Source: the human T2T-CHM13v2.0 reference genome, Homo sapiens. From it: DNA of 64,000 nucleotides. Shown in pieces: positions 29,230 through 41,800 of this stretch. The translations under genes and the position numbers were made by a program. The stretch's first letter is position 1. The number at the start of each line of letters is the position of its first letter. The notes beneath the pieces are model-generated. The model saw only the letters and a list, made by a program, of their open reading frames with translations, had not been told where the DNA came from and searched no databases. The DNA lies in the NCBI RefSeq assembly GCF_009914755.1, contig NC_060930.1, one strand, 5' to 3'.

Positions 29230-31900
29230 TTATTATAATATTTTATACATATATAACCATGCATAAAATATGTACAGTTTCAAGAATAATAAAAAATCAA
29301 ATGCCTAGAAATCACAACCCAAGGCAAGAAAGAGATGATTGCCAGCCTCCTGATAGCTTCTTGCACCTCTCTTTGTGACTACAAATCCCTTGCCCTTTCT
29401 AGGAGGAAACATTTTTCTAATTTTGGTGATAATCTCTTGTTTTTTGTTTCATTTTACTACTTTTATAAGCAATGCTAAACAATACAGGTTACTGCTTATA
29501 AACAGTATAGGTAAGTTTTGCTATTATGATTTTAAATTTTCTATAACAGGACAATACCACATGTATTATTTTATGACTTGCTTCCTTTATCAAACATTAT
29601 GTATAGGAGATTCATCTATGTTGTTTCATGTAGCTGTGTCTCATTCATTTTCATGTCCACATATCCTACTGTAAGAATATATTTTAATACATGTGTCCAT
29701 GAGATAATTGAAGGACATCTGGGTTGTTTAGAGTGCAGGGCTGTTAGGAACAATGCTGTGAGGGCACTTTTATGCATGTACCTCTGTGGACCTGTGCAAG
29801 AGCATGCTCAGGGTATATGCCCCAGAGCATGTGGCTGTGCACATCACCAACTCTATATGATACCAAATCAGTCTTCAAGGTTAACCCAATTTGGATTCTC
29901 AGTTTGCATTCACACCAGCAGGATGAGAGATCCTATTACTCCATATCCTCACCAACACTTAGTATTACAAGACTTCTGACTTTTGACAACTGGTCAAAAG
30001 TAAATGGTGTGATTATATGTCACTGTCAATTCAACTTTTCATTAGCCATTTGGATTTTCTTTTCTATGAAGTGACTTCAAATCTTTTTCCCATTTTTCTA
30101 TTGGATTGTCTTTTTCCCATTGATGTAAGTAAAAATCCTTTGACTATTCTGGACACTAATAATTTAGTTATATGTAAAGCAAATATTTTCTCTCTCTTGT
30201 GTGCACACATTCATGTCTTTCCTCTTTTAATGGTGTCTTTTGGTGGACATAAATTCCTGTAATGAAGTCAAATTTATCCATTTTTTCTTTCATGATCAAT
30301 GTTTTTTGTGTTTTAGAAAAATCACCCTTTCTTCCATTAGGTCCTGAAAATATTCTCCTAAATTATCTTCCTAAAATCGTATAGTTTTGCTTTTCACATA
30401 TGCACGTTTAGTCCTTCTGGAACTGCTGTTGTACTGTAAAATGTTAGAAAATGAATCCAGTTGTATTTCCTTCTATATAGCTAGACATCTGTCCCAGCAC
30501 CACTTAATGATTGATCCTTTTCCTGCTAATATAAAATGCCTATGTGTCTATACTTATGTTTATGAATGCACAAGTCTATTCCAGGAACCTCTAAGGGAGC
30601 CTCAATCTGTTTGTCTAGTGATATATCTATTTACTTTAATGATTTGATTCTTCAAGTTTATAATTGTCTCCACAGAGGGCCTTCTTCACTTTTTGTTATA
30701 TTTAACCATTTATATTTCATATTTTTAGGTTTCTGCAATGACATTTTTAAAATTTATATATTTGTTACTGGTATATAGAAATATAATTTTAAATGCTCAT
30801 TAATTCTAATAATTCATATGTAGGACTTTTTTCATACAAAATTGTAATAACTACAAATAATGACTTTTTATTTCTCCTTTCCAATCATTATTCTTTCCTT
30901 GCTTCCTTTCCTTCTACCTCTTTCTCTCTCTTTTTCCTTACAGCACTGGCTAGACTATCCAGTACAATGCTAAGTAGAAGACATGTTTCATACATCCTCG
31001 TCTGTTCCTAATCTCAAAGGAAAAGCTTTTAACATTTCACAGTTAAGAGCTGGGTGCAGTGGTGCATGCCTGTAATCCCACCTACTTGGGAGGGCTGAGG
31101 CAGGAGAATTGCTTGAGCCCAGGAGTTTGAGAACAGCCTGGGCAACATAGCAAAACCCTGTCTCTAAACATAAAAAGAAAGAAAGAAAAAAGAAATTAAT
31201 ATTTTAAACTTCACAAGTAAGATATTCATGGTAAACCTTATTGTAGAAACCTTTTATCAGGTTAAAGGCATTCTTCTATTTTTAGTTTTTATGATGAATG
31301 GATTTTGAAATTCATCAAATGCTTTTCCTATATGTATTGAGTTGATTGTATGAATTTTGTCCTCTAATACGTTAATGTGGTAAATACCATTGATTAGTTT
31401 CTAATATTAAGTAGATTTCAGAACTTTTCTCTTTTCAGCCTCCATAAATTTTAATCTCTCATATTTCCCACCTCTCTGTCTCTCTGAGCTTTAATATTGA
31501 TGACTTTTTCTGAGTTATCATCCATTTCATGAATTTTTTGTAGCTGTGTGTGACAGGTTGTTAAAACTTTGCAGGTGATTTGTTATTCACTTATTTCACT
31601 TTGTATTTCTAGATGTCCTGGGTATTCTTCAATTTTATGTCAGTTTTAATGCAATGTCCAGTTTTTATCAATATTTTTAAGCTTGTCTTCTATTTCTTTA
31701 AAAATAGTAAGTGTGGTTATTTTATTATTTGTGCCTGATAATTCTAGTATTTGAAGTCTTTGTGCAGAAGTCTGCTTCTGCTGCCAATTGTTTCTGTTGA
31801 TTCTCACTCATGGTCCCTTTTAATTATGTCTTTTGGTTTTCACTGAGCTACTTATTCACCTTGAAAAATAATTTATGAGAATCCTCTCAGGCCCAAGATG
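29230..31900 (-). mobile_element. Ancient L1ME-type fragments containing a FLAM monomer (31048-31195, +)
   Basis: T-rich reverse-complement L1 ORF2/3'UTR motifs (ccagtacaatg, aaatcaaatgctttt-like); single left-arm Alu monomer inside. Confidence 0.65.
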
Positions 31901-32221
31901 AGGGTATACAAAGAATATTCAATTTTATTTTACTCTAAGTTAATATGTTAATCTGTACTGTTTAAGGGATGCTGGCAAAAACACAAGATGTTTGGGTCAG
32001 AGACAAAGAACTTCATTACTTACTTCGTTAGCAAGCAGTAGGGCAGCAGCATCTTTGTCTCAGGTCCTCTAATCCCCAAGTCCCACAATGAGTCCAGATG
32101 ACACTTCACAGATAGTGGGTTGAATTAGAGAGGAGGAGCACTGGATGTGGGGAATCCACTGGTTTTGTACCAAGCAGTTAGGAAGCCTACTCTTTGTGGC
32201 AGAGAGGGGACATTATCTCAT

Positions 32222-32673
32222 CATATTAGTTAATTTTATGTTGCTATAAAAGAACACCTAAGACTGGATAATTTATAAAGAAAAGAGGTTTATTTAGCTC
32301 ATAGTTCTGCAGGCTGGGAAGATCAAGGGTACTGGCTTCTTGCAAGGGCTTTCATGCTACATTACAACATGGCAGAGAAGGTCAAAGGTGAAGCAGACAC
32401 ATGTAAAGAGAGAGAAACCTGAGGGGTGTCCTCACTTTAAAACAATCCACTCTTGCAGGAACTAATCAATTCCTGCGAGAATTAATCCAGTCTTGTGACA
32501 GCCAGAACTCATTCACTCACTGCCATGAGAACAGCACCAATTCATTCATGAGGGATTTGCCCCCATGGCCCAAACACCTCCCACTAGGCCTCACCTCCCA
32601 ACACCGCCACACTGGGGATCAAATTTCAACATGAGCCTTGGTGAGAACAGACTAATCATATCTAAGCCATAGC
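32222..32673 (-). mobile_element. MST(B)-type MaLR LTR
   Basis: gttgctataaaagaacacctaagactggataatttataaagaaaagagg...ggggatcaaatttcaacatgag...ccatagca. Confidence 0.85.
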
Positions 32674-32985
32674 ACTCATCTTTTAAGGTACTGGCTGCAT
32701 AGACAACTCTGAGAAATGGCCCACATAAAAAAGTGGTCAGGGACTTGCCATCTTGGCACATCCAGCAAGAAGTATAGAAGACTACAAGAGGTGCAAGGAG
32801 GCTGTCTCTTTCAACAAATTCCGCCGAGAGAATACAGACACTGGGAGTCAGGGACCATGTCAAACCAATTTTTTAGCTTAAGGTTTTTCTGGAGCTCCCA
32901 AGTAATTTTAATTCAAGCTACCCATCCAAATGAATACCAGTTAATGGTATGCAACTTCTCAAGGACTTTAAAAAATATATATCAT

Positions 32986-33050
32986 GGCTGCTCTGCCTAT
33001 GGAGTGACCCTTCTTTATTCCTTTACTTTCTTAATAAACTTGCTTTCACT
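32986..33050 (+). mobile_element. Short MER41-like LTR fragment around its poly(A) signal
   Basis: ctgctctgcctatggagt...ttattcctttactttcttAATAAActtgctttcact. Confidence 0.7.
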
Positions 33051-33610
33051 AATATATATATTATATATAATATTTATATATAATATATATTTATATATAT
33101 TATATATTTTATATATAATATATATTTATATATATTATATATTTTATATATATTATATATATTTATATATATTATATATTTTATATTATATATATTTTTT
33201 GTATATATATTTTATATATATTATATGTACATATAATATATATATTATTATATACATTTATATATATAAATATATATAAATATATAAATATATATAATAT
33301 ATATATTATATATGTTATATTATATAATATATATATTATAATATATATAATATATGTTATATTATATATAATATATATATTATAATATATATAATATATG
33401 TTATATTATATATAATATATATATTATAATATATATAATATATGTTATATTATATATAATATATATATTATAATATATATAATATATAAATATATATTAT
33501 ATATTACATGTACATATAATATATTTATATTATATGTACATATAATTAGTGAAATATATATATAATTTCACTAATATATTTTTTATTTATATATTATATA
33601 TATATATACA
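33051..33610. repeat. ~560-bp TA-rich low-complexity array with ~44-bp minisatellite units
   Basis: Almost purely A/T; single G markers at 33314, 33356, 33400 and 33444 define 42-44-bp units. Confidence 0.95.
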
Positions 33611-34207
33611 CACACATCTCTGCATCTATCAAAGTGACTGTAAGTGTTCAATATATGTCTATATAACTATACCAAGTTCAGACAAAGGAACTAAATTTAT
33701 TTTCAGTTAACATATTTTGTACTCTGACTGTGTTATAAGCATTATTTATATCCCGTTTTTGTCATACAGCAAATGTATTTTAGTACATTTCATACAAGTA
33801 GTTGCAAATATTTTGAGTTTCAAGAGTCAAGCAGTGAACACATTTCAACAGAAAAGCCCCAAGTGATAATTTGTATAACAGCTTGCTGAATGAAAACACT
33901 AATACCTAGCACCTTTGACATACTATGAGAGGTATGGCCCTGCCCATAACAAAGCCCTTTAATTTTTCTTTTGACATGTTTATCAGCCCCATTAGACTGG
34001 TATACCTCAAGGGCAGGGATTTCTGATCTAAGCTATTGTCTTTAGGTCCTCAGTGCCCACCATATGACTGTAAAATCCACAACTATGGAGACCAAATAAG
34101 TTCATCTCTGTGCTTTGGTATGGTCCATGTTCATACAGAGATAAACTTTGCTTTATTTTAAGAATTACATATTCATTTTAATGTAAATTTTTAAAAATAT
34201 ATGGCCA

Positions 34208-34592
34208 GGTTATGCTTTGAATGATAGTATTCCCTCCAAAATTCATGTTGAAACTTAATCTCCAGTGCAACACTATTAAGAGGGATGGCCTTGGGAGGTG
34301 ATAAAGTCATGACAGTAGAGCCCTTAGCACCCTTAGAAAAGTGCTCAAGGTTGAAGGGAGCACTCTCCTGCCCTTCCATCCCTTCTTCCATGTGAGGACA
34401 CTGCATTTATCCCATCCAAAGGATGCAGCAATAAGGCACCATCTTGAAAGCAAACAACAGCCTTCCCAGTCAGCAATCCTGTTGGCACCTTATCTTGGGC
34501 TTCCCAGCCGCCAGAACTATGGGAAATAAATTTCTATTGTTTGTGAATTACCCAGTCTGTGGTATTTTGTTACAGCAGCACAAAAAGACTAA
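34208..34592 (+). mobile_element. MSTD/MLT1A-type MaLR LTR
   Basis: ccctccaaaattcatgttgaaacttaatc...ttacccagtctgtggtattttgttacagcagca. Confidence 0.8.
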
Positions 34593-35077
34593 AAGGGGCT
34601 GTTATATCAAGCCCATAATTTTACAGATATACTGCTTAGGATCAGGCTACTCCTATTAAAAAGCAAGTCTATTTAAAGAGAAGAAAATATTCAAAGTAAT
34701 AAACCGTATCTATTGAGTGATTATATGTCCAGGGTACTTTTTTTCTGTATTAATTTTGCAATAATCCTTTGAAGTAAGTGATATTATTTTTTATCACCAG
34801 CCTATAGACAAAGATTCTGAAACACAGGTAAGTTAGGCAATTTGCCTGGGGTCCACAGTTAATAAGTGGTAGAACCAGGATTTGGATCTAGGTATACTGT
34901 CTTCAGAGCCTATCCTTATCATTATACATCCCTAAATAATGGATCAGCAAAGAGGTAGGTATTTAGATAGGAAGTATAAAAATGACAAGTTTTAAACATA
35001 ATTCCTTGTGTCCCAAGAAAACCAGATAGGAAAATAAACCCTACACTGATACAACAATCCTAAATATTTGATTTTAC

Positions 35078-35557
35078 CTGTCAGAAAAGTAGCCAAAAGT
35101 CACCGATCCCAGTAGGACTCCAAACATAAATAGGGGCTGGATCAGCATTGCAAGCCATTTTCGGTCACAGACCAGGTTCCACTGGGTCACCGCAGTGCTT
35201 TTCCATGTGTTCTGGTCATATATGTAGCCATCCACACAAGGAAACTCTTTCTTACTGCCAGTGTATTCATAGCCCAAACTCGATGTGTTCTCCCTCTTAT
35301 TCCTGCTACACCTTGAGAGCTCCCAGATCTCACCATTCTGCAACTGCACCGTAACATAATCTTTCTGGCCTGAAGACAACAGGGCCCCGGTGTCCTCCAA
35401 ACTCCAATTAGAGTGATTATGGAAAACAACCTGACTCACATTGCCTGGGGGCCTGCAGACATGATGAGGGGTGACTCCCATGAACACAGAAGCCAAGTAG
35501 TGAATACCACAAGAGATGTTCTGGAAGGCACATATGAAATAGAGGACTCTCTGGAAT
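35078..35557 (-). CDS. SLC22A16: SLC22A16 exon 2 (480 nt; TM1, large extracellular loop, TM2)
   Basis: Acceptor cttttcttctcttgcag|A, donor AG|GTAAAA; encodes FQRVLYFICAFQ...WNLVCDRKW...GYFSDR (overlaps ORF 35074..35496). Confidence 0.97.
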
Positions 35558-35996
35558 CTGCAAGAGAAGAAAAGCTAATTATTATATCTGGTCTATAGGC
35601 TGAAAAAGAACATAAGCAAATTTGAAGGGTCTCCATCATGTTTATCTTAACATATACACAAATGGATAAATATAGAAATAATTATAGACATATTTATATC
35701 TGTGGGTTAGTATATATACATATATTACTTAGCTCCATCTACTGAGAAGGCCTAGAAGCAATGACATCCCAAGAGCAGCAAGCACACCCATTGCCCAGAT
35801 CTTAGTTTCTAAATACCATTCTCCAATGAGAGGAGCCAGAAAAAGTGGCTGATTCTAAAGCCAGGAAAAGAAGAATACAAAATAAGCCTGGAATATCTTA
35901 CAATACCATAAAGTAAGGAAATACTCAAAAAACAAAAGGATAAGGGCATATGAAAGGGGCCCAAGTAGCAACCTGAAAAAGTTCCCAGTGGCCAGC

Positions 35997-37005
35997 TGTG
36001 GGTGGCAAGCCACCCAGGTGCCGAGGCAAGAGACCGAGCACGAGCTGTTCCATATAATAAAATATATAAAATAACAAGAGTTATGCTAGATATATATAGA
36101 TCATAGACATGATTATATATAAGTATCACCAATCATTAGTTTGTAGTAATTACTCTTTATTTCAATACTATAATAATCCTAGCTCTACAACCATAACCTA
36201 AGAAAAACCAGGCCATACAGAGACAGGAGCTGAAGGGACATGGTGAGAAGTGACCAGAAGACAAGAGTGTGAACCTTCTGTTATGCCCGGGTAGGGCCAC
36301 CAGAGGGCTCCTTGATCTAGAGGTAATGCCAGTGTCTGGAAAGATGCCCGTTACCAAGCGGACCATGGTCTAGCAGTAGCGTCAGTGCCAAAGAAAAGTA
36401 CCCGCTACTTAGCAGACCAGGAAAGGGAGTCTCCCTTTCCCCAGGGGAGTTTAGAGAAGACTCTACTCCACCACCTCTTGTGGAGGGCCTGACATCAGTC
36501 AGGCCTGCCTGCAGTTATCTGGAGGCCTAACCATCTCCCTGTGATGCTGTGCTTCAGTGGTCACGCTCCTGGTCTGCTTTCATGTTCCATCCTATACACC
36601 TGGCTCTGCCTTCTAGATAGCAGTAGCAGAATTAGTGAAAATATTAAAAGTCTCTGATATGCAGAAATAATGGCATAAGCTGTCTCCTCTCTCTCTCTCT
36701 CTCTCCCCGCCTCGGTTGCCAAACAGGGAAGGGCCCCCTGTCCACTGGACACGTGACCCACGTGACCTTACCTATCATTGGAGATGGCTCACACTCTTTA
36801 CCCTGCCCCCATGTCTTGTATCCAATAAATAACAGTGCAGCCTGACATTCAGGACCACTACCAGTCTCTGTGTCATGGTGGTAGGGGTCCCCCAGGCCCA
36901 GCTGTCTTTTCTTTTGTCTCTTTGTCTTGTGTCTTTATTTCTACGATCTCTCGTCTCCACACATGGGGAGAAAAACCCACAGACCCTGTAAGGCTGGCCC
37001 CTACA
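35997..37005 (+). mobile_element. Solo LTR13 (HERV-K13/HML-4 type LTR), 1009 bp
   Basis: TG...CA ends; starts tgtgggtggcaagccacccaggtgccgaggcaagagacc; 6-bp TSD gccagc/gccagt; AATAAA near 36824. Confidence 0.88.
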
Positions 37006-37092
37006 GCCAGTTGGAAGCTGAAACAATTTGAGCAACAAAATAAATGGCATAGTATATCCCAAAGCATAAAATAAATATACATGAATTCATAC

Positions 37093-37602
37093 TGTGTGGT
37101 TAATTTTATGTGTTAACTTGACTGGGTTAAGGGAAGCCCAGATAGCTGGCAAAACATTATTTCTGGGTGTGTCTGTGAGAGTGTCTCTGGAAGAGATTAG
37201 CGTATGAATCAGTAGACTAAGTAGAGATCACCCTCACCAGTTGAGGTGGGCATCATCCAATCACTTGAGGGCTTGAATAAAACAAAAAGGTGAAGGAAGA
37301 GCAAATTTATTCTCTGCATGAGCTGGGACATCCATATTCTCTGGTTCTCAAATATCAGAGCTCCTGGTTCTTGGGTTTTTGGAATTAGATGAAGACTTAC
37401 ACCAGGCCTTCAGTCTGGGACTGAATTACACCACTAGCTTTCCTAGTTCTCCAGCTTGCAGATAGTAGGTCATGAGACTTCTCAGCCTTTATAACCATGT
37501 AAGCCAACTCCTATAATAAGTCTCATATATGTGTGTGTGTGTATGTGTGTGTGTGTGTGTATCCTATTTGTTCTCTTTCTCTGGAGAAGCCTGACAAATA
37601 CA
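37093..37602 (+). mobile_element. MLT2B-type ERVL LTR containing (TG)n at 37530-37560
   Basis: ggttaattttatgtgttaacttgactgg...ttctctggagaagcctgacaaataca. Confidence 0.85.
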
Positions 37603-38889
37603 ATACACCATACTCATATAAATAAATGAATGAAAAAATAAAAGAGGGAGAAGAGACCAATCTTTCTTACATTAGAATTCAATTACTATCTGTAGACATT
37701 CCCTCTCTCCAGGAAGTAGAGTTTAATTCCCGCAATTTACTCCTAAAGGGTGGGCTAGGCTTAGTAACTTGCTTCTAAAGAACAAAGCAGGAAAAGAGGA
37801 AAAATAGTATCTTTACAGTGGGGAAACCTAGAAACTTGCAAACACTAAAGTCACCAAGTGATGAAGGTTAACATCCCCAGTGACGTCATGTGGATATGCT
37901 GTATCCCTCCTATGATCTGATGAGAAGGGCACTTCATCTCTGTTGTTGTCTTTCCAAAAACCATAACCTTAGTTTAATAATTTAAAAAAAGACCCCAGAT
38001 TGGGGGTCATCTACAGGTTACCTGGCCAATATACCTAAAGACTGCCAAGGTCACAAAAAATAAAGAAAGACTGAGAGACTGCTACAGACAATTAAATGCA
38101 GTGTGGTGCTCTGGGACTGGATCCCGGAACAGGAAGAGGACACTTGGAAAAACTGGTGAAATTCAAATGAAGTATATAGTTAGTTAATAGTAACATATTA
38201 ATATCAGTTTGTTAGTTCTGACAAATATGGTAATGTAAGATGTTAACAATAGGGGAAACTGGGTGAGGGTCATATGGGGACTCTGTACTATCTGTGTAAC
38301 TTTTCCATAAATCTAAAATTATCAAAAAATAAAAAGTTTATTTAAAAATTTAAAAAAATAGAGTCTCCAAATTTATAGACTCAAACCAACAGTGACATAT
38401 TTTCTGAAGTAAAAAATCACCGCATAAGGACAATTATGCCCACAGGACAACAGGATAGAACAGATAAAATTTGGATTACCCCACAAAATTCCAACCCCTG
38501 AAATTAAGAGGCATAGCAGACCTTTGAACAGGTGACTTAATTATTTAGATTGAAAACAGAATCAGTTAAGGCAATCACCAACATTCCTATAAAACCATTA
38601 AAATGGGAGGTAGGAAATAGGTCCTGTCCGATCAAACTGAGGTCAAATTGCACCATTGACACATGTGATCTCCATCGCCCTTCTTCCTTTGCAGACCTGC
38701 CCACCCCGCTGCATCCTGATGCTCCCTCTCACTGGAAGATGCTTCTGACCATCCCTCAGCTCAGCAGTTCTCACACTTTTTGGTCTCAAGAGCCTCTATA
38801 TTTTTACAAATTTTGAGGATTCCAAAAGGACTTTCTTTATGTGGATCATATTTATCACCTTTTATATATTAGAAATTAAAATGGAGAAA

Positions 38890-41800
38890 GAGAGGAGGAA
38901 AGAGAGCCAAGGTCTGCCAGGGAGCCCACAGGAAGAAGCTGGGGCAGAGAAAAGGAAAACAGCAAGAATCTGGCAGAGACTGGCCCCTGGGGAGCCTGGA
39001 GTCTTACAGAAAGGGTGGATAGGGGTGCATCCCTTCTCACCTCACCCCTGTAACAAACTGCTGACTACCAAATTGTGGGAGAGCCCCTCTGCCTTCGTGA
39101 CCCTGGGCAATGCTGTCAGTGGTGATTTGGGAACTTCCTGAGAATAGAGTGCCAGGTGACCAACTCATGCAGGTGTGCTGGCACTCCCCTCAGGCCTGAA
39201 CTGAGATGGTGGACACCATACTGGTTGTGCACCTGTTCTGAGCCACTGCCCTGCCCAAGCAACCTCAGCCTTTGTGATATTGTATCACCAGATCCCCCAG
39301 AAACATACCCCACAACCACTCTGACTTTGGCAACCATGGGGGACCAGCAGGACCCTGGGGAGCTGCGGGAACCCCAGAAATCTAGCCCTCAGTGCAGGTT
39401 TCTTCTAGGGGGAGCACAGCCCACCAAAGTGCTCCTTGGGACAAAGGAAATGCAGGCACAGGACCAATCTCTGAAAGGGGCGGTAGTAGTAGCTGGGAAG
39501 GGACATGGAGAGGGGACTATTTCCTACTCCACCCATTCACTGTTGCAGATGCAGCAGAGGCTTTCCCTGCTGGAAGCTGGCATTCGTGCAATTGAAGAAA
39601 GGCTTTCTAGCACTTTTCACAGTGGCTGCATCCCCACTGAAAGTGAGGTGGTACTGCCTGGGCTTTCAGAAAAGGCAGGGCCCATCTACCGCTCCCTACA
39701 CAAAGTAGCAATGTCCCTGCAACAGAGGACAGACAAGCCACAGAGCTGACTGTTCTGGACTGGAGAAAGAGGCTCTGACCCGAGGCCATTTTGGTGGTAG
39801 CCACAATCGAAGCCTTCTCACAGACCTCAGGAGTGGCCAGGAGCCAAAGGACAGTGTTTAAAAGAACTGAGGGTTATGAGTGCTGTGAAAGGGGCATGAT
39901 AGGTAGTGGATCATGTTCTTGTCTGCCCAGGATGAGGAGCTGGTGCAGCCCCCTGCTGGCCCCTACCCCTGAGACCTCAGAACCCCCATCAAGGAAGGGG
40001 CTTCCACTCATCTTTGGATGACCTGAGGGTGAGCTAGCTCTTCTTACCCTCAAGCGTCACTTACTGGACTAGAGACTGAACTGCATCATCAAACAAAAAA
40101 CCTGCTGTCAGAAGAGCACAGTGCTAGTGTATGAGATAAGCTTCCTGAGACCTCCACACTCCTAGCCCTACAGAAGATAGTGTGTCAGCTCATACACCCT
40201 ACATATCACTGCAACAAGCAGCATCTGGGAAAGCCACCACACAAATGATATCCATAACCAAGGAACCCATAGAGACCCTTGGCCCCCTGAAAGCACCCAG
40301 AAACAAAGCCAAACAATCATACGCAATATATACTACAGCCACACCCTCAAGTGAAAAAAGAATACAAACTTTAAAAGTTTCATTCAAATGTTGGCAAATT
40401 CAAAAATAGGAGGCAACAGCTCTGTATTTGTCCAATTTCATGCTGCTGATAAAGACATACCAAGACTGGGCAATTTACAAAAGAAAGAGGTTTATTGGAC
40501 TTACAGTTCCACAAGGCTGGGGAGGCCTCACAATCATGGCAGAAGGCAAGGAGGAGCAAGTCACATCTTACATGGATGGCAACAGGCAAAGAGAGAGCTT
40601 GTGCAGAGAAACTCCCATTTTTAAAACCATCAGATCTTGTGAGACCCTTTTACTGTCACAAGAACAGCACGGGAAATACCTGCCTCCATGTTTCAATCAT
40701 CTCTCACCACATCCCTCCCACAACACGTGGGAATTATGGGAGTTAAAAGATGAGATTTGGGTGGGACACAGAACCAAACTATATCAAGCTCCTTCAGATG
40801 AGAAGGAATCAGCATAAAAGCTCCAGCTATACAAAAAGACAAAGTGTTTTGACACCTCCAAACATTACTAGCTCTCTAGCAATGGATCCTAACTAAAATG
40901 AAAATTCTGAAATGACAGATAAAGAATTCAAAATATGGATTGTAAGAAAGCTCACTGAGATGCAAAAGAAAGCTGAAAATCAACCCCCAAAAACTTAGGA
41001 CATGAAAGACAAAATAGATATATTAAACTTTAACTATAGTGAAAGACTAGACCAAGCAGAAAAGATAATTTCAGAGCTTGAAGACCAATCTTTCTATTTT
41101 AACAAGTCAAACAAAAATAAAGAAAAAAGAATTTTTTAATGAATAAAGTCTTTGAGAAATATGCAATTATGTAAAGGGACCAAATGTATGACTTATATGT
41201 AATCCTGAGAGAGAAGAAGAAAAAGTAAGCAATTATATTTAAGAGAATAATTCAGGAAAATTTCCCTGATCTTGCTATAGAGGTAGACATTCAGATGCAA
41301 GAAATTCAGAGAATATCTGGGAGATACTATAAAAGATGAATGTCACCAAGGCATATAGTCATCATACTATCCAAGTTTAATGCTAAAGAAAAAAATCTTA
41401 AAGGCATCTGGAGAGAAGTGTCAGATCGCCTATAAAAAGAAATCCTGTCAGACTAATGAGACGTCTCAGTAGAAATCTTACAAGCCAGAACAGATTGGGG
41501 GCCTATTTATAGCCTTCTTAAAGGAAAAAAAAAAGCCTCCCAAGAATTTTATATCCTGCCAAATAAGCCTCATAAAAGAAGGAGAAATAAAGTCTTTCCC
41601 AGACAAGCAAACACTAAGGGAATTAATCACCACTTGACCAGTTCTATAAGAACTGCTTAAAGAAGTTATAACCATGGAAATGAAAGGACAATACTTGCCA
41701 CAGTAAAATCACACATAAGTAGAAAGTTCACAGATCCCATAAAGCAATTACACAATTGACACTACAAAGCAACTAGCTAACAAAACTCTGACAGGAACAA

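Larger units (their letters stand above)
35640..38350 (+). mobile_element. L1MC-type 3' region split by LTR13 and MLT2 insertions
   Basis: agatcttagtttctaaataccattctccaat... through ...ctctgtactatct...aaatctaaaatt terminus. Confidence 0.65.

Noticed and set aside
32716-33279. 187-aa ORF with an I/Y-rich tail
   Set aside because: The C-terminal half is translation of the TA array; low-complexity artefact.
39156-39749. 197-aa ORF
   Set aside because: Lies in the GC-richer L1 5'UTR, starts at GTG and has no recognisable domain; most likely a chance ORF.
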